A DNA stretch of 64,000 bases from an uncultured delta proteobacterium (GTDB taxonomy: Bacteria > Desulfobacterota > Desulfobacteria > Desulfobacterales > Desulfatirhabdiaceae): contig CAWBKP010000022.1 in the NCBI GenBank assembly GCA_963789395.1, positions 320,001-384,000 on the forward strand. The letters are read 5' to 3'. Made by a program: the position numbers and the translations under genes. The notes under the pieces were generated by a model, which did no database searches, was not told the origin of the DNA, and was given only the letters and a program-made list of their open reading frames with translations. Shown here piece after piece: positions 42,061 to 51,211 of this stretch; the stretch's first letter is position 1; the number at the start of each line of letters is the position of its first letter.

Positions 42061-42810
42061 ATGCTGCTGGAAGGTAAAAGTGCGCTGGTGACCGGCGGAT
42101 CACAGGGGATCGGGGCTGCCACATCCCTGGGGCTGGCTGCTGAAGGAGCCAATGTCTGTCTGCTGTACCGCAAACACGCGGATGAGGCGTTTAAAATCAG
42201 AGACGAAATTCTTCAAATGGGGCGAAAAGCCATAGCCCTTTCCTGTAATATCGCGTCGTTTTCAGAAGCCGAGCAGGTGGTGAAAACGACCCTTGAGGCC
42301 TTTGGACGGATCGATATTCTGGTCAACAATGCGGGAATGAACTGGGACGGGGTTTCCTGGAAAATGACCGAAGAGCAGTGGGACAAGGTCATCGAGGTCA
42401 ACCTGAAAGGCTATTTCAATTTCACCCGACACGTTGCCCCGCTGTTAAAGGAACAGCAATCCGGTAAAATCATCAACATCACATCCATCAACGGTATCCG
42501 CGGAAAATTCGGCCAGACCAATTACTCGGCCTCCAAAGCCGGCATCATCGGCTATACCAAGGCTGTGGCCAAGGAGCTGGGCGCCTTCAACGTGAACGTG
42601 AACGCCGTTGCCCCGGGACTGATTGAAACAGCCATGCTGAAGGAAAACGAGGCCCACGACAAAATCGTCAATCTTGCCCTGGGGGAAATCGTCATGAAGC
42701 GCGTGGGGACTCCCGAAGATGTGGCCAATGTCATCGTGTTTCTGGCATCTGACAAGGCCCGTCACATTACCGGTGAAGTCATCAAAACGGATGGCGGACA
42801 ATATATATAA
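42061..42810 (+). CDS. Short-chain dehydrogenase/reductase (FabG-like 3-oxoacyl reductase)
   Basis: TGGSQGIG, NNAG, YSASK, VAPG. Confidence 0.92.
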   Translation: MLLEGKSALVTGGSQGIGAATSLGLAAEGANVCLLYRKHADEAFKIRDEILQMGRKAIALSCNIASFSEAEQVVKTTLEAFGRIDILVNNAGMNWDGVSWKMTEEQWDKVIEVNLKGYFNFTRHVAPLLKEQQSGKIINITSINGIRGKFGQTNYSASKAGIIGYTKAVAKELGAFNVNVNAVAPGLIETAMLKENEAHDKIVNLALGEIVMKRVGTPEDVANVIVFLASDKARHITGEVIKTDGGQYI

Positions 42811-42980
42811 TGCCTGAACGGTAAAGCCGTTCAGGCAAAATTCGAAGATCTAAATCCGAAATTCGAAACAAATTCAAAATTCCAATGTCAAAACGCCTTA
42901 AATGTAACCCCGTCTGAAGATGTACAGTTATTATTGATTTTTCGTCATTGTTTCGGATTTCGATTTCGAATTTATATTTT
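42811..42980. repeat. Most complete copy of repeat family A (hairpin + heptamer array + inverted heptamer array)
   Basis: TGCCTGAACGG-TAAAG-CCGTTCAGGCA, then AAATTCGAAGATCTAAATCCGAAATTCGAAACAAATTC; inverted TGTTTCGGATTTCGATTTCGAATTT at about 42949-42973. Confidence 0.8.
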
Positions 42981-43018
42981 AATACCTGGTGTTAACCACT
43001 ATCCAATAGGAGAAATTT

Positions 43019-44219
43019 ATGTCCATACCACTTTCAGACATCGTCGTCATCGGCGCGGTCAGAACCCCCATGGGCCGTTTCGGCGGCACCATCAAGGATG
43101 TTCCCTCATATGATCTGGGGGCTGCGGCCATCCGCGAGGCGCTTCGAAGGGCCGGAATTCAGGGCAGTGATGTATCGGAAGTCATCTACGGTTCCTGCCG
43201 CCAGGCCGGAAACGGCCCGAATCCTTCCCGGACCGCCAGCTTAAAGGCCGGCATCCCCATTCACATTTCCACCAACACCATCAACATGGCCTGCCCCTCG
43301 GGCATGAAATGCGTTCACCTGGCAACTGAGGCCCTTCGCCTGGAAGACAGCGAGATCGTGGTTGCAGGCGGTATGGATTCCATGAGCACGATTCCCTATC
43401 TGCTGAAAGGCGTCAGGTGGCAGGGATTCCGGATGGGCCCGAAAACCATCGAAGATGGCTGGAGCGACTCCATAGACCCCACCACCGGCCAGGGAATGGG
43501 TGACACGGCGGAAAATCTGGTTGAAAAATACGGACTGAAACGCGAAGATCTCGATCAATTTGCCGTATCCAGCCACCTGAAAGCGGCCCGTGCTCAGAAA
43601 GGAAGGCCTTTTCGATGAAGAAATCGTATCGATTGAAGTGCCTGCAGCCAGTAAAAAAGATGCGCCGGGGATTTTTGCCAAGGATGAGACCATCCGATAC
43701 GATGCCAGCGCCGCACAGATGGCCAAACTGTCGTCGTCGTTTCGAAAGGGCGGATGCGTCACCGCCGGCAATTCCTGCGGCCTGAGCGACGGGGCCTGCG
43801 CGGTTGTGGTTACCACACGGGAAAGGGCAAAGGCCATGGGCGCAAAGCCCCTGTTTTCGTTTGTCAGCTTCGCCCAGGCGGCGGTTGAGCCATCAACCAT
43901 GGGCGAAGGACCCGGCGTTGTCATTCCCATTGCGCTTAAAAAAGCAGGTATGACCCTCGGCGACATGGATTTGTTTGAAATCAATGAAGCCTTTGCCGCG
44001 CAGGTGCTGACCAACATCCAGACCCTGAATCTGGATACCGCCAAACTCAACATTCATGGCGGCGCCATTGCCCTGGGGCACCCAACGGGCATCAGCGGAT
44101 GCCGGATTCTGATCACCGGATACCATGCGCTGAAAACAATGGACAAGGAAATGCTTTGTGCTTCCATCTGCGGCGGCGGCGGAGTCACCACGGCCATGAT
44201 CATCCGCAGAGAGCTATAA
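43019..44219 (+). CDS. Acetyl-CoA C-acyltransferase (thiolase); single apparent frameshift near 43605
   Basis: RTPMG, NMACPSG, EINEAFA, GGAIALGHP, CGGGG. Confidence 0.92.
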
Positions 44220-44241
44220 CGGGTTAGAAAGGAGGCCAACT

Positions 44242-45012
44242 ATGACAGATTCTCAAACCATCCGGACCAGTTATGCCGATGGCGTTGCCCGCCTGACATT
44301 TGCCAGGCCCAAACACAATGTGTTCAATATCGCGATGATGCAGGAGTTCAATGCGGCGCTGGCATCCCTGAACGCCGAAAAGGGCCTGAAATGCGTGGTG
44401 ATTCTGGGAGAAGGTCCCAGTTGGTGCGCGGGCGTGGATGTCGGGGATCACAGACCGGAGCTGGTGGATCAGATGATCAGCACCTTCAACCAGGCGCTTC
44501 AATCGATCGAAGCCATTCCGGTTCCGACCATCGCGGCGGTTCACGGGGCCTGTCTCGGTGGCGGCATGGAATTTGCCATTGCCTGCGACATGGTGGTGGC
44601 CGCCAAAAAAGCCAAATTCGGCCAACCCGAGGTGAAGCTGGGTTTTTTCCCGCCCTATGCGGCCATCCGGCTGCCTGCCCTGGTGGGCCCTGCCAAAACA
44701 ATCGAAATCTGCGCTACCGGCAGAACCTATTCCGCGGATGATGCGGTTGCCATGGGGTTTGTCGGTCGCGCAGTTGAAGACGAACTGTTTGATTCGGAAA
44801 TTTCAAAACTTGTCGGAGAAATCCAGACCAGCAGCCCCCTGATTCTCCGTTTAACCAAACAGGCGGTCAAAATGCATCTCGGCATGAATTTTTCCGCAGC
44901 CCTCGACAGCGTCAGCGATCTTTTCCTCAATACCCTGATGAAAACTGAAGATACCCTGGAAGGTATCGCCAGTTTTTATGAAAAACGAAAAGCCGTGTGG
45001 AAAAACAAATAA
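44242..45012 (+). CDS. dch: Enoyl-CoA hydratase, probably cyclohexa-1,5-diene-1-carbonyl-CoA hydratase (Dch/BamR)
   Basis: PKHNV, AGVDVGDH, GACLGGGMEF, GQPEVKLGFFPP; same operon as oah and had. Confidence 0.8.
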   Translation: MTDSQTIRTSYADGVARLTFARPKHNVFNIAMMQEFNAALASLNAEKGLKCVVILGEGPSWCAGVDVGDHRPELVDQMISTFNQALQSIEAIPVPTIAAVHGACLGGGMEFAIACDMVVAAKKAKFGQPEVKLGFFPPYAAIRLPALVGPAKTIEICATGRTYSADDAVAMGFVGRAVEDELFDSEISKLVGEIQTSSPLILRLTKQAVKMHLGMNFSAALDSVSDLFLNTLMKTEDTLEGIASFYEKRKAVWKNK

Positions 45013-45025
45013 ATTGGGGATAAAG

Positions 45026-45070
45026 GGTGACGGGCAACAGGTTGACGGCCCGTCACCTGTCACGCTCCAC
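45026..45070. repeat. Intergenic hairpin with 7-bp periodicity (GGTGACG-type)
   Basis: GGTGACGGGC (45026-35) / GCCCGTCACC (45048-57), followed by TGTCAC, GCTCCAC. Confidence 0.55.
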
Positions 45071-45091
45071 AGCATTCCCTTGGAGGCCATA

Positions 45092-47132
45092 ATGTCACAG
45101 ATTCAAAAAATCGGCGTCATCGGCGCAGGTAACATGGGCAGCGGTATTGCCCAGAAGATTGCACAGGAAGGCATCCCTGTGGTCATGATCGACACCAAAG
45201 ACGAATTCGTCCAAAAAGGGCTCGATACGATCCGGCGTTTGCTCCAGGAAGGTGTGGAACGCAAACTGTTCAAGCCCGAAAAAGTAGCGGAAATCCTGTC
45301 CCGAATTACGGCAACAACCGATTTTGAAGCGGTGCGTGACGCCGATCTGGTCATTGAGGCTGTTTTTGAAGACAAAGCCGTTAAAACCCAGCTTTTTAAG
45401 AAACTGGACGCCGTCTGCTCGGAGAAAACGATTCTGGCAACCAATACTTCAAGCTTTTATGTTCGGGAATTTGCCGAACAGATTTCGCGGCCGGACCGGT
45501 TTATCGGTCTGCATTATTTCTTTCATCCGGCAAAAAACCGACTACTGGAAATCATCCCCCATGCGGGGACCAGTTCTGAAACAATTGAAAAATCGATGCT
45601 GGCTGCCAAGCTTCACGGCAAAACGTCTATTCTCGTAAAAGATGCTCCGGGGTTTGCCGTCAACCGGTTTTTTGTGCCGTTTTTGAATGAAGCGGTCAGA
45701 ATTCTGGAAGAAGGGCTTGCCGACATCCCGACCATCGAGGATGCTTCCAAGCGGGCGTTTAAAATCGGTATGGGGCCTTTTCAGCTGATGAACGTCACCG
45801 GAATTCCCATTGCCGTGCATGCGGCCACAACCCTGGGCAACGAGCTCGGGCCGTTTTATGCGCCCTGCGCTGCGCTGAAAGCGCAAATGGAAAAAAAGCA
45901 GAACTGGAACCTGGATGGGAATGTGGATGAATCCAGGATTCAGGCCGTGACCGACCGGATGTACGGGGTCTGTCTCGGCGTATCCGCGGCCCTGGTGGAT
46001 GAAGGGGTCGCGTCCATCGAGGATACGGATCGCGGCGCCAAAATAGGGCTGAGGTGGACATTGGGGCCATTTGAAATCATGAATCGGATCGGCATTGATA
46101 AGACCCATGCCGTGGTTCAGACCATCAGCGAAAAATACCCCGATTTCACAATGCCAAAGCTCCTGGAAGTGCAGAAAAAAACCGGGAAACCCTTTGATTT
46201 TAATTTTGTCGATGTTACGGTGAAAGACGGCATTGCAACCATTACCCTGAACCGTCCGGAAGCCATGAACGCCCTCAATGAGCAGGTCGTGGCCCAGCTG
46301 GGAGGAGCGGTTTACAGAAGCTGAAAAACGGCCGGATGTCCGGGCAATCGTCATTCAAGGGGCGGGAAAAGCCTTTGTGGCAGGCGCCGACATCCGCTAT
46401 TTCGTCAACAAAATCAAGGCCGACCGGATTCCGGACATTGTCGCGTTTACCCGCAAAGGTCACGACGTTTTCCTGAAGATTGAAAATTCGCCCAAGCTTA
46501 CCATTGCCCTTCTGGATGGCCTTTCCCTTGGCGGCGGCAGTGAACTGGCTCTGGCCTGTCAGGCCATTGTGGCCACAACCGCCGGTTCCATGGCCTTTCC
46601 GGAAACCGGGATCGGCATTTTCCCCGGCCTGGGAGGCATGCTGCGACTGACCCGCCAGGTGGGGCCCGAGCTGGCCAAGTATTATGTCTTTACCGGTGCG
46701 TCCATCAGCGCACAGGATGCAAAAGATTTGGGTATTATTCAGAAACTGGTGGACCCCGCGGATATTCCGGCTGCCATTCAGGCCCTGGTTTCAGAAGGCA
46801 GGCCGGATAAATACCGGTCCCGGATTCTTCCGGACAAATTCAAACCGCTTGCGGACATGTTTACGCTAAATCGCGTTGGTTCCTGGCTGGCGGGAAAAAT
46901 CCCGGAGGGCGTATCTGCTGACAGCGGGGCTAAGACGCTGAAAACCATCGGATTCAAAGCGCCGGTGGCCCTTAGGATTTCAGCGGAAATCATCGATCTG
47001 CAAATGGGAAAATCCATGACGGATGCGGTTGAAATCGAACTGGGCAATCTGTCTGCGATTTTTTCCACGGCCGATGCTCTGGAAGGACTGTCAACAGCGG
47101 GCCGGAAACGGCCGGAATTCAAGGGCGTTTGA
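45092..47132 (+). CDS. 3-hydroxyacyl-CoA dehydrogenase / enoyl-CoA hydratase fusion (dehydrogenase N-terminal); apparent frameshift near 46300
   Basis: GAGNMGSG, EAVFE, TNTSS, GLHYF, PGFAVNR; then LNRPEAMNALN, AFVAGADI, GGGSELA, PETGIG. Confidence 0.9.
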
Positions 47133-47157
47133 ATTGACGGCTCACCTTCATTCCAAA

Positions 47158-47376
47158 ATGCCGGTGGACCCTTTGGTTCTGGAAGGCTGGGAGCGCCAGA
47201 ACACACTGGATGAGCCCAGGCTTTCCGAAGTGGCCGAGATGTACCGGGAAACCGGCTTTGAAGTGCGCTTCGAGCCGTTTGACCCGGAGAAAGAAACCGG
47301 ATGCACGGAATGCATGAAGGCATCTGCCGATAAATACAAGACCATTTATACACGGAGAATACAGGCTGAAGACTGA
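47158..47376 (+). CDS. Small conserved hypothetical protein with CxxC (resembles BzdT-like ORFs of benzoyl-CoA clusters)
   Basis: GWERQ...EPRLSE..EMYRETGFEV...CTEC...IYTR; fills the gap within the operon. Family call is from memory and unverified. Confidence 0.6.
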   Translation: MPVDPLVLEGWERQNTLDEPRLSEVAEMYRETGFEVRFEPFDPEKETGCTECMKASADKYKTIYTRRIQAED

Positions 47377-47421
47377 AAGCCGAAGATTGAAGTCAGATCG
47401 CTTCAAGTTTTCGCTTTCAAG
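47361..47421. repeat. AGGCTGA-heptamer palindromic repeat (family B)
   Basis: AGGCTGA AGACTGA AAGCCGA AGATTGA AG ... CTTCAAGTTTTCGCTTTCA; first 13 bp identical to 59011-59023. Confidence 0.7.
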
Positions 47422-47463
47422 AGTGGATGCGCTGAATTCTCTATCGCAAGGAGAGTTGATGAT

Positions 47464-48535
47464 ATGAGTATGATATCCTGGCAAATGACAGAAGTGAATA
47501 AGCCCATCGTAAAAATTGAATCCCCGACTGCCAACACCGGGGCAGGGTGAAGTACTTCTTAGAGTGGCCGGATGCGGTGTCTGCCATACCGATCTTGGCT
47601 TTTTCTATGACGGCGTGCGGACCAAATCCGCCCTGCCGCTGACCCTGGGCCACGAAATCAGCGGGTTTGTTGAAACCACAGGTCCCGGAGCCGAAGGCTG
47701 GAAGCAGAAAGCGGTTATTGTTCCGGCAGTCATGCCCTGCGGTGGATGCGATGTCTGCGACAGAGAGCTCGGAAATATCTGCCCGACGCAGAAAATGCCC
47801 GGAAACGATATTCAGGGCGGATTCGCCAGCCACATACTGGTTCCGGCAGCTCAGCTCTGCGAGGTTCCGGTAAATGTGGACGGAAAACCCATGGGACAGG
47901 CCGATGTTTCTCTGGCTGAGATATCCGTGATTGCCGACGCCCTGACCACCCCATATCAGGCCATTGTGGAATCGGGCCTCAGCGACCAGGACACCGCCAT
48001 TTTTATCGGCGTGGGCGGAGTCGGGGGGTTTGGTGCTCAGATTGCCAAGACGTTCGGTGCCACCGTTATTGCCATCGATGTGGATTCGGCCAAGCTGGAA
48101 GCCCTGTCACCCTATGTTGACGCCACATTCAACGCCCGGGAAATGGCTTTTAAAGATCTTCGCAAGGCTGTTTCCGATTTTGTGAAAAGCAAGGGCAGGC
48201 GGCGAACGGAATGGAAAATTTTCGAAACCTCCGGAACCGCGGCAGGCCAGAAAACCGCCTTCGGGCTCCTGGTTCACGGCGCCTCCCTTGCGGTAGTCGG
48301 CTTTACCATGGATACCGTGGATATCCGGCTGTCCAATCTCATGGCTTTTCACGCATCAGCCAGAGGAAGCTGGGGCTGCATTCCCAGATATTACCCGGCT
48401 GTTTTAAACCTTGTTCTGTCGGACAAGGTGAAAATCAAGCCGTTTGTCAAATGCTTTCCGCTGTCTGAAATCAACACGGTGTTTGAAATGGTTCACAGCC
48501 GGAAAATCCAGCAGCGGCCTGTTCTGGTTCCGTAA
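47464..48535 (+). CDS. had: 6-hydroxycyclohex-1-ene-1-carbonyl-CoA dehydrogenase (Had/BamQ/BzdX); apparent +1 frameshift in the C-run at about 47522
   Basis: GCGVCHTD, LGHEISG, QKMPGND, ADALTTPYQA, RLSNLMAF, WGC; zinc alcohol dehydrogenase fold. Confidence 0.9.
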
Positions 48536-48562
48536 TCGCTTGCCGGACACCATGAATATTTA

Positions 48563-48622
48563 TTACCTGAACCGAAAGCCGGTTCAGGTAAAATTCAAAT
48601 ATCGAAATCCGAAATTCTAAGG
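48563..48622. repeat. Hairpin + heptamer repeat (family A)
   Basis: TTACCTGAACCG-AAAGC-CGGTTCAGGTAA, then AATTCAAATATCGAAATCCGAAATTCT. Confidence 0.8.
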
Positions 48623-48630
48623 AACGAAAT

Positions 48631-50481
48631 ATGCATAAACTCCTGACCGACCAACCCGGCGCAACCATGGTGCTGCTGGGAAACGAAGCCATTGCCCGGG
48701 GAGCCATCGAGGCCGGTGTAGCGGTTGCCACTACCTATCCCGGCACGCCGTCCTCGGAAATCTCCCTGAATTTTTTTCAGATATCCCAGGAATCAAGCCT
48801 GTATTTCGAATACAGCACCAATGAAAAAGTTTCCCTGGAAGTGGCTGCGGCAACGGCCAATTCCGGGGTTCGCAGCATGTGCGTCATGAAACACGTGGGC
48901 CTGAATGTGGCGGCAGACGCCCTGATGACCCTTGCCTATGTCGGGGTCAAGGGCGGCCTGGTGATTCTGACCGCGGACGATCCCTTCATGTTCTCCAGCC
49001 AGAACGAGCAGGACAACCGGTATTACGGCAAGCTCTCGGGGCTTCCGGTCCTGGAGCCGTCCTCGGTTGAAGAGGCCAAGAACATGATTCCCTATGCCTT
49101 TGAACTTTCCGAAGCCCTGCAGGAACCCGTGATTTTCCGCACGACGACCCGGATCAATCATTCGACGGCGCCTGTCACTCTGGGAAAGATCCGAGAGCGG
49201 GTTTGCAAGGGGGATTTTGCCAAGGATCCGCTTAATTATGTTACGGTTCCGGCCATTTCCCGAAAACTTCACGTCAAACTTCTGGCCAATCTGGACAAGG
49301 CGGCCGAGCACTCTGAAACATCCCCCTACAATTTTGTGTCTGGAAACGGGCCCTGGGGACTGGTCTGCAACGGCGTCAGCTATGCCTATCTGACCGATGC
49401 CGTCCGGGATCTCGGCATCGGGGATAAGGTCAGCATCCTTCGTATCGGGTTTTCAAATCCCATGCCCGAAAAGATGATCAAGGCATTTCTGGCAACCTGT
49501 GAAAAAGTGCTGGTCATTGAAGAAGGCGAACCCTTTATGGAAGAGGCCATCAAAGCCTTTGCCCAGGAAGCCGCTTTCACCCTCCCGATCCGCGGCAAGG
49601 GAAAAGAACTGTTTTCAAGGCTATATGAATTCAACCCCCGGCTCGTCCGTCAGGTCGTGGCGGCCTATTTTGGCGTAGACGTTGCGGCGCCAGCCCTGCT
49701 GGATCTCTCCGATGTTCCGGAAATTCCCCAGCGGCCGCCCAATCTCTGCGCCGGATGTTCCCATCGGGCCACGTTCTATGCGGTGAAAAAAGCCGCGGAA
49801 GGCATGCAGACCATTTACCCGACGGATATCGGCTGCTATACGCTGGGGTTTATGCCCCCGCTTTCCATGGGCGATTTTCTGATCTGCATGGGATCATCCG
49901 TCGGCACTTCCTGCGGGTTCTCGAAAGTCACGGACAAAAAAGTGGTTTCCTTTATTGGAGACTCCACGTTTTTCCATTCCGGTATGCCCGGTTTGGCCAA
50001 TGCGGTCTTCAACAACCACAATTTCACTTTTGTGATTCTGGATAACGGCATTACGGCCATGACCGGCCATCAGCCCAATCCCGGCGTGGATATGGGGCTG
50101 ATGAACCTTTCGGGATACGGACGGATCTCCATCGAAGCCGTTGTCCGGGCGCTTGGCGTTACCCATGTTTCGATCATTCAGCCCTACAAGGTGAAAAAGA
50201 GCATTGAAGCGCTCCGGGAAGCTTTCGAATTTAAAGGGGTATCTGTCGTGATCGCCCAGGAAATGTGCACGCTCTATGCCAAAGGGCATAAAAAAACCAA
50301 GTCCCGGGCCTATTATGTCAGCGACAAATGCCGGAATCACCGCGACTGTATCAGCCAACTGGCCTGTCCTGCCTTTTATCTGGATGCTGAAAAGGTTAAG
50401 ATCGATCCGGTCATGTGTGCCGGATGTGCGGTATGCGCCCAGATCTGTCCGGAAAACGCCATCCTGCCTGTAAAGGCTTGA
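48631..50481 (+). CDS. iorA: Indolepyruvate (aryl 2-oxoacid):ferredoxin oxidoreductase alpha subunit
   Basis: GNEAIARG, YPGTPSSE, MKHVGLNVA, SSQNEQD, LCAGCSHR, GDSTFFHSG, TAMTGHQP; C-terminal ferredoxin cysteines. Confidence 0.95.
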   Translation: MHKLLTDQPGATMVLLGNEAIARGAIEAGVAVATTYPGTPSSEISLNFFQISQESSLYFEYSTNEKVSLEVAAATANSGVRSMCVMKHVGLNVAADALMTLAYVGVKGGLVILTADDPFMFSSQNEQDNRYYGKLSGLPVLEPSSVEEAKNMIPYAFELSEALQEPVIFRTTTRINHSTAPVTLGKIRERVCKGDFAKDPLNYVTVPAISRKLHVKLLANLDKAAEHSETSPYNFVSGNGPWGLVCNGVSYAYLTDAVRDLGIGDKVSILRIGFSNPMPEKMIKAFLATCEKVLVIEEGEPFMEEAIKAFAQEAAFTLPIRGKGKELFSRLYEFNPRLVRQVVAAYFGVDVAAPALLDLSDVPEIPQRPPNLCAGCSHRATFYAVKKAAEGMQTIYPTDIGCYTLGFMPPLSMGDFLICMGSSVGTSCGFSKVTDKKVVSFIGDSTFFHSGMPGLANAVFNNHNFTFVILDNGITAMTGHQPNPGVDMGLMNLSGYGRISIEAVVRALGVTHVSIIQPYKVKKSIEALREAFEFKGVSVVIAQEMCTLYAKGHKKTKSRAYYVSDKCRNHRDCISQLACPAFYLDAEKVKIDPVMCAGCAVCAQICPENAILPVKA

Positions 50482-50517
50482 CCATATGTTTCATTCAACT
50501 GTAAAGGAATTGTCAAC

Positions 50518-51114
50518 ATGTCAGACATTACGCGATTAATACTCGTGGCCGTCGGGGGGCAGGGAAACCTTCTGGCGTCCAGCGTCCTGGGAGAAGCAGC
50601 CCTGCTGGCCGGAATTCCCCTTCGGATGAGCGAAATTCACGGAATGGCACAGCGGGGCGGCGTCGTGGAATCCGCGCTGGTGTTCGGAAACGCCCAGAGC
50701 ACGATCATCTCCGATGGTGAGGCCGATGTTCTGGTGGGATTTGAACCTTCGGAAACCCTTCGCGCCCTGAACAAATGCAATGCCAAGAGCGTTGTCATCA
50801 CCAACCTTTCCCCGCTTCCACCCTTTACCGTGGGCATCGGCAAAGGGGTGTATCCGGATATTGCAAAGCTTCAGGAATTGATCCGCGCCAAAACGTCCCG
50901 GCTCATCGCCCTGAACGCCGTGGACCTGGCAAAAACTGCGGGAAACGTCCTGTCGGTAAACATGGTTCTTCTGGGCGCGCTGATTCAGACCGGCATCCTG
51001 CCGGTTACCGCTGATAACGTCAAAACGGCAATCCGGACCAAAACCAAAGCCGCATTTGTGGATATTAACATCAAAGCCCTTGATCTGGGTTTTGAAGCTG
51101 CTTCCAGGCAATAA
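50518..51114 (+). CDS. iorB: Indolepyruvate:ferredoxin oxidoreductase beta subunit
   Basis: VGGQG, SEIHGMAQRGGVV, NMVLLGA. Confidence 0.95.
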   Translation: MSDITRLILVAVGGQGNLLASSVLGEAALLAGIPLRMSEIHGMAQRGGVVESALVFGNAQSTIISDGEADVLVGFEPSETLRALNKCNAKSVVITNLSPLPPFTVGIGKGVYPDIAKLQELIRAKTSRLIALNAVDLAKTAGNVLSVNMVLLGALIQTGILPVTADNVKTAIRTKTKAAFVDINIKALDLGFEAASRQ

Positions 51115-51154
51115 CCCCGAAACGATCACATTTACTGAAACTGGATCCATTTCC

Positions 51155-51190
51155 AAGACCAGGATGCTAAAAAACATCCTGGTCTTTTTT
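51155..51190 (+). terminator. Rho-independent terminator after iorB
   Basis: AAGACCAGGATG-N8-CATCCTGGTCTT followed by TTTT. Confidence 0.85.
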
Positions 51191-51211
51191 ATGCGCCTAA
51201 ACGCCGAAAAA

